Shown: positions 26,672-39,118 of the stretch, piece after piece
How positions within the stretch are numbered: position 1 is the first letter of the stretch
Layout of the letters: the number at the start of each line of letters is the position of its first letter
Source: Squalus acanthias
Taxonomy: Eukaryota
Reading direction: 5' to 3'
Assembly: GCA_030390025.1 (NCBI GenBank)
Contig: CM059432.1
Location: 136,340,001-136,404,000, forward strand
DNA: 64,000 bases
Made by a program: the position numbers and the translations under genes
The notes under the pieces: model-generated
Database searches by the model: none
Told to the model about the DNA's origin: nothing
What the model saw: the letters and a program-made list of their open reading frames with translations, nothing else

Positions 26672-27488
26672 AACAACAACAACTTGCATTTATATAGTGC
26701 TTTTAACGTCGCAAAATGTCCCAAGTTGCTTAACAAGAGTGTTATCAATAAAAATTTGACACCGAGCCACAGATGGAGATATCAGGACAGAGAGGTAGGT
26801 TTTAAGGAGCATCGTAAAGGAGGAGGGAGAGGTAGAGAGGCAGAGAGGTTTAGGGAGGGAATTTAAGAGCTTAGGGCCAAGGCAGCTGAAAGCACAGTCA
26901 CCAATGGTGGAGCGATTAAAATCGGGGATGCGCAAGATGCCAGAATTGGAGGAGCGCAGAGTTCTCAAAGGCTTGTAGGGCCTTTAACGTAGCACCTGTA
27001 ATGTAGTAAAATGTCCCAAGGTGCTTCACAGGATCGTTATCAGACAAAATTTGACACCGAGCCATATAAAGAGATATTAGGAAAGGTAACCAGGAGCTTG
27101 GTCAAAGAGGCAGGTTTTAAGGAACATCTTAAAGGAGGAGAGAGAGGTAGAGAGGCGGAGAGGTTTAGGGAGGGAATTCCAGAGCTTAGGGCCTAGGTAG
27201 CTGAAGGCACAGCCACCAATGTTAGAGCAATGGAAATCAGAGATGCGCAAGAAGCCAGAATTGGAAGAACGCAGAGTTCCCAGACAGTATTAGGGCTTGC
27301 GGAGAGGGCAATTTCCAATGTGCTATGAGGTGGCAGACATTGGGAGGGGCGAGGCCATGGAGGGATTTGAACACAAGGATGAGAATTTTAAATTTGAGGC
27401 ATTACTGGATTGGGAGCCAATGTAGGTCAGCGAGCACAGGGGCGATGAGTGAACGGGACTTGGTGCGAGTCAGGATACAGGCAGCAGA
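26672..27488 (-). mobile_element. Two tandem L2 3' fragments
   Basis: L2 tail occurs twice (about 26675 and about 26980). APVLADLHWLP motif. Confidence 0.85.
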
Positions 27489-28678
27489 AAAAACATAACA
27501 GATCTCACATGAAAAATCTACGTAAAACTGCTGTGGAATTCCAGTATTCAGTGAATTCATACAGGTTAGATTTCCCAAAACATTACACAGGCCTGACTTT
27601 ACAATTGGATATTTTACCTCAGTCATACGGTAAATCAAAAATAAAATGGAATGCAAAATCTTTTGGCAAACTGGCAATGCATCTTGCCACAGAGCAGAAT
27701 TAAATTGAAATGCTAATAGGAATAAATTGGGGTAGAATTTCCGCCCCCTGTTCACTGCTGGTACAGATATAGTGAGGAGATGCCCTGTGCCCAATCTGTG
27801 CTGAAAACACAATTCCAAGGATTTCCCACTCAGCCAGTGTTTAGGGAACCACAGGCTTATGCTGCTCAATGGTGCGAGTCTCATTAGGCCCCCTAATTTC
27901 CTGTTTTCCTGGACGGGGCTTCCAGCCCTGCAGTTGCCACCGTCTGATGCCAATTGCGCGACATCATCACTGTACACCACTGCAGGCACATTGCCACAGG
28001 AAGCCACTTTAGGCTCTTCTTAAAAGCTCTGCTGGGCGCTGTTTTGTGTTGATTTGTCTGACCTTGTCTCTTTGGCCATTTATGAATTGTTTGCATTGCA
28101 TTACTCCAGTAGCACTGTTTGTTTGGGCATTGATCTTGAACCTATCCTTGCAATTTTTGTTTCTTTGCTTCTTTTAACACCTACCACTCAAGGGAGTTTT
28201 AATTCCATAGCATTTCACAGCACAGAAACAGGCCATTCGGTACAACAGGTCTATACTAGTGCTTATGCTCCACTTGAGCCTCCTCTCTCCTTATTATATT
28301 ACAACACACTTCAAAAGTACTTCATTGGCTGTAAAGCGCTTTGGGACATCCTGACATTGTGAAAGGCGCTATATAAATTAAGTCTTTCTTTCTTTACTCA
28401 TCACCTCTTATCATATCCTTCGATTCCTTTCTCCCTCATGCACTTATCTAGCTTTCCCTTAAATGCATTAAGCAATGAAATAGGCAATAGCCCCCTTGGC
28501 ACAGCATGGGCATTCCCATGGGGATCCCACTTGCCATCAGGGAGGTAAAGGATGAGGAGGGGTTTTACAGCCATGAACAGAGGTAGATGAATCTGCATCG
28601 GAAGAGGGCTCAGTGGGCCTTATCCTACATAGAGCAGACGACACGGCAGTTACTTGGGCATAGAGTCATAAAGTCACT

Positions 28679-29235
28679 GGGGGAAAAATTTGGTTGCTTT
28701 GCACCTCCCGTTAGCGCCCTAAGAGGGTCCCGGCCGCGATCTTCGGTAGCGCCCCCTGACTTACCGATGGACGCTATATCTGACGGGGTCAGGGGGCCTA
28801 CCTGTGGCCCGGGCGGCGCTAATTAAAGGCGAGGTGCCGGGCGGCCATTTTTGTTGCTGGTCGCCTGCCAGCACCTGCCCCCGTTGCCGTCCCCGGCCTC
28901 CTCAGCAGCCCCCCCGCGGAGAGCCGGCTGCGCTCCGTGAGCCCGGCACTTCTCTTGAATGTTGGTCTCTTTTGCCAGCACTCCGATCCCTGGTGGCCCA
29001 GCTGTTGCTCTGCGCTAGGCCCCTCCCCTTTAAGAAGGGGAGGGAGGTCTGCAGTACCGCGGCATGTAGCACCACGATATTCCCTCGCAGCGCCCCAAGA
29101 GGGAGGCGGGGCACTTCTAGTAGCACCCCGCTTCCCTCTTGGGGCGCTACCGATGAATTTCGGCCGCGGGGGCGCTAAAAGTAGCGCCCCGGCGAAGTTA
29201 GCGCCCGAAAGGGGGCACGACTCAATTTTTCCCCC
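28679..29235. mobile_element. GC-rich MITE inserted in a CR1 tail repeat
   Basis: TIR GGGGGAAAAATT / AATTTTTCCCCC, repeated TAGCGCCC motifs, flanked on both sides by AGAGTCAT tail units. Confidence 0.78.
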
Positions 29236-29920
29236 ACAGAGTCATAACAGCACAGAAGGAGGCCATTCGGCCCATTGAGTCCATGCCAGCTCTCTGTAGA
29301 GCAATCCAGTCAGTCCTATTCTCCCGCTCTATCCCCGTAGCCCTGCAAGTTTATTTCCCTCAAGTGCCTATCCAGTCTCCCCTTGAAAACATTGATTCTA
29401 CCACTTCCGTCGGCAGCGAGTTCCAGGTCATCACCACTCGCTGTGTAAAAAAGTTTTTCCTCACATCCCCCCTGTATCTTTGCCCAAAACCTTAAATCTG
29501 TGTTCCCTAGTCCTTGTACCATCAACTAGTGGGAACAGCTTTTCCCCGTTTAGCCTATCCAAACCCGTCATAATCTTGTACACCTCTATCAAATCACCCC
29601 TCAACCTCCTTTGCTCTAATGAAAACAAATCCAGCTTCTCCAACCTTGTAGTTAAGATCCCCCATCCCCAGAACCATTCTGGTAAATCTCCTCTGCACCC
29701 TCTCAAGGGCTTTCACATCCTTCCGAAAGTGTGGTGACCAGAACTGGACGCAATACTCCAGTTGTGGCCTAACCAGCGCTTTAAAAAGGTTCAGCATAAC
29801 TTCTCTACTTTTGTATTCAATACCTCTATTTATGAAGCCCAAGATCCCATATGCTTTGTTAACCGCTCTCTTAATATGTCCTGCCACCTTCAGGGACCTA
29901 TGCACATTAACTCCCAGGTC
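29236..29920 (-). mobile_element. CR1 family B 3' fragment, close relative of 56340-57022
   Basis: KAYGILGFINRGIEYKSREV..VRPQLEYCVQFWSPH..RRLRGDLIEVYKI. Confidence 0.93.
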
Positions 29921-29987
29921 CTTTCATTTCAGAGGAGCTGTGTTATCCCTGCTGACGATTCACCAGAGAGGCAGTCATGGACCTTCT

Positions 29988-30387
29988 ACAACACCAACAA
30001 CAACAACCTGCATTTATATAGCGCCTTTAACGCAGTAAAATGTCCCAAGGCGCTTCACAGGAGCGTTATCAGACAAAATTTGACACAGAGCCACATAAGC
30101 AGACATTAGGGTAGATGAAAGGTAGATTTTAAGGAGCATCTTAAAGGAGGGCAGAGAGGTAGAGAGACGCAGAGGTTTAGGGAGGGAATTCAATAGCTTA
30201 GGGCCTTGGCAGCTGAAGGTATGGCTGTCACTGGTGGAGCGATTAAAATCGGGGATGCTCAAGAGGCCAGAATTGGAGGAGTGCAGAGATCTCGGGAGGT
30301 TGTGGGGCTGGAGGAGGTTACAGAGATAGGGAGGGGGAGGCCATGGAGGGATTTGAAAATAAGGATGAGAATTTTAAAATCAAGGCA
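29988..30387 (-). mobile_element. L2 3' fragment
   Basis: (CAA)n tail and L2 C-terminal sequence. Confidence 0.85.
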
Positions 30388-30938
30388 TAGGGTTGACAAC
30401 ATTCCAGGAGTCTCCAGGAATTGAAGACTAATCTTCAGGACACTGCTGGGAGCAAACCGGGAGAAAATCAGTGGTCATTAAACAAAGTGTGCTTTTCTTT
30501 CATTTTCTGTTTATTAGTTATAAAACTATTGGTGATGGCAAATAGTCAAGAAGCACACAATTGGCTAATGCAGAGTCTTTTTGCTTTCCGATTGGCTGTG
30601 GGATGGCGGGGCACTGTGAGGATGGACGTGTCGGGAGACCAATGACAGGAGCGGTTGGGGGGGGTGGCGTTGCTGGGGAGTTGGAGGCAGGAGATCCTGT
30701 GATAAAACCTCCAGGAATACATTCAACCAGAGTTGCATAGAATTACATAGGATATACAGCACAGAAACAGGCCATTCGGCCCAACCAGTCCATCCCTGCG
30801 TTTATGCTCCACTCGAGCCTCCTCCCATCCTTCCTCATCTAACTCTAGCAGTATAACCCTCTAGTCCCCTCTCCCTCATATGCTTAACTAGCCTCCCCTT
30901 AATTGCATCTATACTATTCGCCTCAAGAGTTGGCAACA
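30388..30938. mobile_element. Probable hAT-type MITE interrupted by a CR1 tail (about 30737-30925)
   Basis: Starts TAGGGTTGACAAC and ends GTTGGCAAC. AGAGTTG is duplicated around the CR1 tail. Confidence 0.55.
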
Positions 30939-31455
30939 GTACTTCTGCAGCGGGCTCGCACACACCATACCTGCCCCCCCCCCCCCCTTTAAAAATGGGG
31001 CCAATGATTCTGCTGTCTGGATCAGTCTGGATGGATGAAACACAGAAACATAGAAAAATAGGAGCAGGAGTAGGTCATTCGGCCCTTCGAGCCTGCTCCG
31101 CCATTCAATATGATCATGGCTGATCCTCTTCTCAATACCATATTCCCGCTCTCTCCCCATAGCCCTTGATGCCTTTTGTATCTAGAAATCAGGCTGCTCT
31201 ACAGCCCTGATAAGGTATTGAAAATGAGTCCCCAAGGTATTGAAAATGAGTCCCCAGTGCATCTCCGATCCTCCAATTAGAGGGGACAGGCAGTGGCCCT
31301 GCAAGTAAGTAGCATCTGTTCTGTTGAGGGGTGTTGGTCCAAGGATCAACTGGAAGCCTCCTGGTTGATGTTTCTGCACCATAGCCGGTAGGCCCCGGCT
31401 ACAGCTCCCGTTTTCACTACAGCAGGCCTCTCTTGCTCCATTTCCTGTTACTGGA

Positions 31456-31908
31456 TGTCAGGCTTGGCTCAGTGGGTAGCACTCACGGCTGCGGGGCCAG
31501 AAGGTTGTGGGTTGAAATCCCACTCCAGAGACTTGAGCATGTAATCTAGGCTGACACATCACGGCAGTACTGAGGGAGTGCTGCACTGTCGGAGGTGCCA
31601 TCTTTTCGGAGGAGACGTTAAACCGAGGCCCCGTCTCCCCTCTCAGGTGGATGTAAAAGATCCCACGGCACTGTTTCCAAGAAGAGCAGGAGACTTCTCT
31701 TGGTGTCCTGGCCAACATTTATCTTTCAATCAATACCTAAAACAGATTATCTGGTCATTATCACATTGCTGTTTGTGAGACCTTGCTATGCATAAATTGT
31801 CTGCCACGTTTCCTACATTACAAGAGTTGCTATACTTCAAAAGTAAAGCACTTTGGGACATCCTGAGATTGTGAAAAGCGCTGTATAAATGCAAGTTCTT
31901 TCTTTCTT
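31456..31908 (+). mobile_element. Deu-domain SINE
   Basis: A/B boxes, Deu core and tail. Confidence 0.88.
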
Positions 31909-33136
31909 TGCCAGGCTCTGCAAGGAGGTGGGATGGGGGTGGGATGGGGGTGGGGGGGGGGGTCGAGTATGGGGGGAAGATGTGCAACCGAGCCATGAGA
32001 ATTACCCAGCCCACCAAACTTGGACATACCGAGGCATGAAACAGGTGCAACCCACTTCAGATGCACTGCGCTGTGTCGCGCCTGGGGAGAGGTGGGCAGA
32101 GGAGGGCAGGATAATCAAGCTGATATAATCTCACTGCCAGGTTTGGAAAAAACTGTCAGACAGCGCTATACATCTTCAGGTATTGCATCGGAGTCAGCTT
32201 TATTACCATATTCTGTAAAACATCAACTGCACCCATCACTTAGTAGCCAAAGAGTAAGAAATAAATGTATCTTAACATCAACTATAGACTCTATTATATG
32301 AACTAATGAACAAGTGGAATTCGAGTTCAAGGCTGTAATTCAATAGTAAGATTTTTTGCTTTTGTTTCTGAAAAAACTAAAACTAATTGCAGCCCAGGAA
32401 CTTGCAGTTAGCAAACTATTTCCCAGACAGGTCACCAAACAAAATTCAAACTTACTTAAATTTTAGAAGTGCCAGATAATCGTTTTCGATGAATCAATCA
32501 CCAAATGTTGTGTCTGACATAATTTCACTTAGAACCCATGTCAGCTGCTCCTGCCCACGTAGTTTTTTTTAAAGAGGCCCCAGAGGCTATTTCTCAAAAT
32601 GAAAGGAAACAGGAAGGGATTAGTTTAGGATGTAGGTGACAAATCATTTGTAAACGTTCTGGCCTAACATTCTGAAGGCTCCGTGAGTCAAGGCCCCTGG
32701 CTTTCACCAACCTGACACACAACCTGACGCTTCCATTGCTTACGGCCTGCTCTTTGGGCAGTTGCTTAGGCAATGGGGGGCCAGGAAATGGCATAGGGAT
32801 CCATTGCGTCGTCACCCAGTCCAAGTTATCACCCTTCCAATTATCTGCTGTTGTTTCCAGCAGTCGTAGGAATCACCCACCCATTCAAATGAGGTGGTAA
32901 TGATATGGTGACTTCACCCATCCCACTTGCCATTGTTTCCACCTCATTAGCACCCAGTAGTAATCACATACGTATAAAATGAGTGCCCAGCCTTGCTGTG
33001 CACTGGGGAAAAGGTGGAAGTCAATTTAAAGAACCAAGAAAAGATATTGCAAAGGCAAAATACTTCAGATGCTGGAAATCTGAAGTAGTAACAGAAAAAA
33101 AAGAAAGAATTGCCTTTCTATTGCACCTTTCATGAC

Positions 33137-33336
33137 ATGATGTGGAGATGCCGGTGTTGGACTGGGGTGGACAAAAGTGAGAAGTCGCACAACACCAGGT
33201 TATAGTCCAACAGCTTTATTTGAAATCACAAGCTTTCGGAGCGCTGCTCCTTCACCTGACGAAGGAGCAGCGCTCCGAAAGCTTGTGATTTCAAATAAAA
33301 CTGTTGGACTATAACCTGGTGTTGTGCGACTTCTCA
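33137..33336. mobile_element. 200-bp Penelope-like fold-back insertion with 13-bp target duplication
   Basis: CACCTTTCATGAC at 33124-33136 and 33337-33349. 77-bp inverted arms. Confidence 0.8.
33252..33288 (+). ncRNA. Minimal type I hammerhead-ribozyme-like motif
   Basis: TCAC-CTGACGA-a-GGAGC agc GCTCC-GAAA-GCTT-GTGA. Confidence 0.68.
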
Positions 33337-34141
33337 CACCTTTCATGACCTCAGGGCATCCCAAAGCAACTTACAGCCAATGAAGTACTATTCTGAAATG
33401 TAGTCACTTTTGTAATGTAGGAAACGCGGCAGCCAATTTGCGCACAGCAAGCTCCCGCAAACAGCAATGTGCTAATGATCAGATAATCTGTTTCTGTGAT
33501 GTTGATTGAGGGATAAATATTGGCCAAGACACCAGGGCTAACTCCCCTGCTCTTCTTTGAAATAGTGCCTTGGGATCTTTGACATCCACCAGAGAGGGCA
33601 GACAGGGACACGATTTAATATCTCATCCAAAAGACAGCACCTCCAACTTCCTCAGTACTGCACTGGGAGTGTCAGCCTAGATTTTTGTGTTCAATTCTCT
33701 GGAGTGGGACTGGAACCCACAACCATCTCACTCGAAGGCTAGAGTGCTACCAACTGAGCCATGGCTGACACAGTTGGCAGATCAGGCAGCATCCGTGGAG
33801 AGAGAAACAGAGTTAATGTTTCAGGTCATTGATCTTTCGTCAGAACGATATTTGAAAGATATTTCGAAGCTTTGCTTGATGCTTATTTCTCCACTGAAGT
33901 CAGAATTTCTCTTTTGCTTCTGCTAACTACTTTACTATCTGGTTCTGAAACGTTAACTCGGTTTCTCTCTCCACAGATGCTGCCTGATCTGCTGAGTAGT
34001 TCCAACTTTTTCAATTTTTATTTACCATCGGTCTTTCTGCCATTTGCTGTGTGTTTGATATTCTACGCCGCCCCCCACCTCTCCCTTTAGACAGAGAACA
34101 GTGAGTTTCTCATTGGGGATTCCCCCCTTCCTTTGTTTTCA

Positions 34142-34154
34142 GGTATCATCTGTG

Positions 34155-34188
<34 letters not shown>

Positions 34189-34470
34189 CAGTGGTGGACT
34201 CAAGTCCCACTCCAGAGATTTGAGCATATAATCGAGGCTGACACTCCCAGTGCTGCACTGTTGGAGGTGCCGTTTTTCGGATGAGGCGTTAAACCGAGGC
34301 CCTGTCTACCCTCTTGGGTGGATGTAAGACATCCCATGGCACTATTTCGAAGAAAAGCAGGGGTGATTTCACAAGTGTCCTGGCCAACATTTATCCCTCA
34401 ACCAACACCCAAAACAGATTATCTGATCAATTATTTCATTGCTCTTTGTGGGAGCTTGCTGTGCGCAAAT
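34142..34470 (+). mobile_element. Deu-domain SINE with internal and 3' deletions
   Basis: Head and Deu core match the other copies. Confidence 0.85.
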
Positions 34471-34744
34471 TTCACCAGTGGCAAAGCACTTTGGAAAGCG
34501 GTGAAAGGCTGCCCATAAACTATAGAGTTGCAAGTATTTCTTCTCCTCCTGGAGGATGAGGCTGGTGAGGCTCCACTGGTCATGCGTGGCATCCATGCAC
34601 TGGTAGCCCTACATCAGAGGATAGCGGGAGAGGCAATCCTGCCTCAACAGCTGGAGCAGCAGCCAAAAGAGAATGCGGAAGATAACCACTTGCTGGCCAC
34701 CAGGAATCTTCTCTCCATTACCTCACCTGCCCACTGAACAAAGA

Positions 34745-35032
34745 GTCCTGCGCTCGCTGGCCTACATTGGCTCCCAGTCTGGCAACACCTCGATTTTAAA
34801 ATTCTCATTCTTGTGTTCGAATCCCTAAATTCAAGGTGTTGCTGGACCGAGAGCCAATGTAGGTCAGCGGGCACAGGGGTGATGAGTGAACGGGACTTGG
34901 TATGAGTCAGGATACGGGCAGCAGGGTTTTGGATGAGCTCAAGTTTACGGAGGGTGCAAGGTGGGAGGCTGGCCAGGAGAGCAGAGTCGAGTCTGGAGGT
35001 GACAAAGGAATGGAAGAGGGTTTCAGCAGCAA
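34745..35032. mobile_element. L2 fragments in inverted orientation
   Basis: CCTACATTGGCTC (+) followed by GAGCCAATGTAGG (-), then further minus-strand L2. Confidence 0.75.
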
Positions 35033-35154
35033 AGGTTCCACGGTCAGTAAGTCCTGAGCTGGACCAACTTCAGGCTGCACATCTTGTGCAAACTCATTGG
35101 CAGTCTGGCTCCATCCTTTCAGCATGTATGTAGGCACTGGTGGGGGAGAGGAGG

Positions 35155-36485
35155 TGTAGGAGGTGGTGTGTGGGGTGAGCCTTCACCTCTGACTCAGTGA
35201 GTGGTTCGAACCGCTCCCACGCCCCTGGTTCTAGACTTTGGACTTATTTAGGGGTTGTGAACAAAGATGCAGTAGACAACAGGTATTTGATGAAAGAATT
35301 TTGACTTTATTAAAAGAAAAAGGTAACAAACTTAAAACACACTTAACACTTAAACACAGGTTGGGGAACACACGGTACAGGCGAGGGAGAAAGACAATAT
35401 ACAAAAAAAACCTTATCCCTCCCAAAAATCCCACTATCTAGCTAGGTTTTGGTTTCAGGAGATCAGGGATAATGCTCACCAAACGAATCCTTGACAGTTG
35501 AGAGTTAGGGTTTAGAGTCTTTAGAGTAAAAGGTTTTGTAAGGCCCTTGTTGCCGCGAGGTGTCCAATGGTCACTGAGGCAGTCGCTCTGGTTTCTTCTT
35601 GCGTGTTGGTCTGCTTGTGAAGTTGTTGGCCTTCTTTCCTCCTCCTGCTCGTGGCTTGTGGTGTCTTGCTGGAACAGAGCTGAGAGAGAGCTGTGCGAGT
35701 GTTGAGAGCATTGTCAGAGAGTCCAGAGAGAGACTGTCTTGGGGGATTAGGCCCCCAATTATACTGTTCAGGCCCTTTGTCCTTTTCGCGCCCAAAACCC
35801 CTTACTAAATCGGTTTCCTTTCGATTTCAATTGAGCCCTGTTTATTCCATTGTCTTAGTTTTGGCAGGCTTGTTAGTTTCGATGGCTTTAACTTGGTGTT
35901 AAACATGTCCTGATGGCTTTCGATGTTTCCCATTTAGGCAGGGCCTTTATCTGCGCACCAAATCTTGTCCCTATTGTCCTAGGTTTTTGGCGGACTTGTA
36001 AATCTGTCCCTGTGGATACCTGGTTGATCGGTTTTTGATGAAGTAATCGGGGTACTAAATGTTTTATTGATTTCAGGCTTCTGGTATCCTGTTTGGGCCT
36101 GGGAATTTCAAAAGGGGGTCTTGGATTATTCATATTTCGATGTGTGTGTGAGGCTTTGGGTTTGTCTCTTCCTCCCTGGTAGGATTGCAGTGTAAACAAT
36201 TCCCAGACAGCTTGATTGGGCCCCAATACCCAAAGCTGTCTACTGCCTGGCCACGCCCCTCCGCAGCCTTTCTTGTGTCTGTGAAAGGTGTCTTTCCCAA
36301 CAGTAAGATTCAAAAGTCATTTTCCTCAGGGTTTTTCTTCCCTGATCTTTAAAATGTCCAAAACTGAGGTTTTTACCTCAAATCACTTCACTTAGGTCCC
36401 ATCATCCCAAGTTTGTATGAAAGGTCCAAAAATCACTCCCTTTAGGGTTCTGTTCGAGTTTCTGGGGGATTTTGCGAAGCCTACA
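35155..36485 (-). mobile_element. Solo LTR, 1331 bp
   Basis: TGTAGG...CCTACA termini and 4-bp TSD GAGG (35151-54, 36486-89). Minus-strand TATAA near 35760 and AATAAA near 35305. Confidence 0.85.
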
Positions 36486-36889
36486 GAGGTAGTGGGAGCG
36501 AATAGGCATCAGGGCTATCTTGAGCGACAGCTCCACCGTGCGAGCACATTCCTGCTATACAACTAGGACTGGACACTGGCTCTGCAGCATCACTGATCCA
36601 AAGTAAAGAAGCCCTAATGGCACCAATGAGACCATTGGACTCACATGAGATGATTGTCTGCCACCCAGCCTCGATCCTTTAAAGGCTGGGAAAAGACAGC
36701 TCTCTCCAATCTGGCATTCCTGTTCTCTGTAGCAGCAGTACAAGTGGCAATGGCAGAAGCACAGAATGCCCTAAGGGCTTCTGTCAGTAGAGTCTTCCTC
36801 AAAGATATCTCTGGAGCTCAAGGGTAAACTGCAGTGTGCACTGCTGCAAAGCCATCCATCAGGGTACCTCCAACTGACCTGCCATCTGC

Positions 36890-36985
36890 TACACATTATC
36901 TGACACTGTCCTCAGTATCTGCACATTTTGTGACATTATCCCCAGTATCTGCACATTATCTGACACTGTCCTCAGTACCTGCACA
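36890..36985. repeat. 30-bp tandem repeat x3
   Basis: CACATTATCTGACACTGTCCTCAGTATCTG and variants. Confidence 0.85.
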
Positions 36986-38453
36986 CGTTTGATGCTCTGC
37001 AAACACCTTTCTTTTAAGAGCAGGGCCCATGAGATCTGGGTCTTCAGGCTCCTGAGCCAATGGTTGACATATCTTGACCTTCTGGTCACCAACTTCTTCC
37101 TCCTCATGTCCCACCCCCAGCTGGTCCAGCTCACTCGTGTTCTGTGCATCACCGAAAGCACTTCCCTCTGGCTCACTCTATAATTCCTTTTATGTGAATG
37201 TCTCTGGCCTGTGCTTGCAAAGACATATTGAGTGATGGCGCCTGCTCCGACATTTGGCAAGGCTGGTTGCACTGGGACCTGGCTCAACTTCCCTCGGTAT
37301 GCCCAGAGAAGGAAAAAATATTAGAATAGCTTTTCTAAGAACAAAGCTCAGTGAAAGGTGTGTCGTGAGGATTTCATGCTATAGTTCGATGTCAGTGACT
37401 GCAAGCTACAATCAGAATAGAAGGAAAAGAAGCCAAATGTTATAATGAACCATCAGTTGGTGCATGTCTTTGTCATCTCCCACACCCATGATGGCCTTGC
37501 TTGGCTTCTTCCTCATAGTGGCTGCAAGGTTTAGAGGCCCACCACCTGTTGACGATCTCTCCCAGCAGTTATGGGCTGTTCTTTGTTGTTCCTAAGACAT
37601 GTAGTAAAACCCAAGTGTCAGCAGGCAAAGTATTTTGAGAGACTCATCTATGGATTTGCTTACTTATTTCTATAGTATAGCTGTCACCACATCAGAGCTA
37701 TCATCATGTTGAAGTGGATTTATTTACAACATCTTGAACTTGACAACAAGGCTGGTATGACTATTGGGCTGACTCGACATGAGGTAATTCATCTGGTTTT
37801 ATATAGGCCAACAGCTCTAATTTCCAGTGTGATTAGTGAGTAGGAAGAACACAATGGCAATGGAAGAACAAAATAGTTAATCTGTCCCATACAGCCATGT
37901 ACATAAATATAAGAACCTTCAGTGTATTAGTTTTGTTTTATTGGCGATAATATCCAAACTATTTGTTTACTAGTCTCCAATCAGCTATTGATTTGGTTGA
38001 TTCAGTATATTTCCCTCTCAATGTATGTTGATTCCAGGACCCTTTTCTAATCTATGGGGCTTTCTTCCCACAGAATACCAAAGTTTGCTGTCAAGGACCT
38101 AGCCTATGTACCTAAAATATAATTATAACTCATCTGTCACCTTTTGGGATTTTTGATCTTTTTTTGTCCACTGAAAGGATTTTGGGATGGGGTTATGTTT
38201 GAGTGTTGTGTTTAAAAAGAAAGTGAATTCCCACACTTTTAAAAAATCACCACTTTATCATCCAATATGGTGGACGGGGCATACCCGTTGATTATGCGCT
38301 GGAGGTACGCTGCCCACCATATTGGTAAAGGCAGAAAAAGAGGCGTCCAGGGCCCATGCCTGAAACAGGCGTTAGGCCCTTAGTAATGCAAAATACGCAT
38401 GTTTGAGGCCCCCTTTGCAAAATTGGGCTGCTCTGATCATTGCCATTCATTGA

Positions 38454-39118
38454 AGGAAGAACGAGGAGAGGCAATATAAATTAAATAGTACAATTTTATA
38501 GGGGGTGCAGGAACAGAGAGACCTGGGGGTTCACATACACAAATCTTCGAAGGTGGCAGAACAAGTGGATAAGGCTGTTAAAAAAGCATATGGGATCCTG
38601 GGCTTTATAAATAGAGGCATAGAGTATAAAAGCAAGGAAGTTATGCTAAACCTTTATAAATCTCTGGTTAGGCCCCAGCTGGACTCTTGTGTCCAATTCT
38701 GGGCACCACACTTTAGGAAAGATATCAAGACCTTGGAGGGGATACAGGGGAGATTTACTCGAATGGTACCAGGGATAAGGGACTTCGGTTCCGTGAAGAG
38801 ACTAGAGAGGCTGGAATCGGTTTCCTTAGAGAAGAGAAGGATAATGGGAGAGTTAATCGAGGTGAGCAAAATTATGAAGGGTTTTGCTCGAGCAGATAAA
38901 GAGAAACAGTTTCCACTGGCAGTAAGGTCGATAATCAGAGGACACAAATTTAAGATCATTGGCAAAAGAACCAGGGGAGAGAGGAAGAGAATTATTTTCA
39001 TGCGGCGAGTTGTTATGATCTGCAATGCTCTGCCTGAAAGGGTGGAGGAAGCAGATTCAATAGTAACTTTCAAAAGAGAATTGGATATATACTTGAAAAG
39101 GAAAAATTTGCAGGGCTT
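38454..39118 (+). mobile_element. CR1 family B ORF2 C-terminal fragment lacking its tail
   Basis: RDLGVHIH..KAYGILGFINRG..FKRELDIYL. Ends abruptly at TTGCAGGGCT. Confidence 0.92.

Larger units (their letters stand above)
33050..34022. mobile_element. Penelope-like inverted terminal remnant split by a Deu SINE (33097-33770, minus)
   Basis: 33050-33095 plus 33775-33846 match 2148-2277. 33945-34022 is the inverted copy. Confidence 0.7.

Noticed and set aside
31211..31255. 22-bp direct repeat AAGGTATTGAAAATGAGTCCCC x2
   Set aside because: A simple local tandem duplication with no further structure.
34750..34875. Hairpin ncRNA
   Set aside because: Explained by two inverted L2 fragments, with many mismatches.
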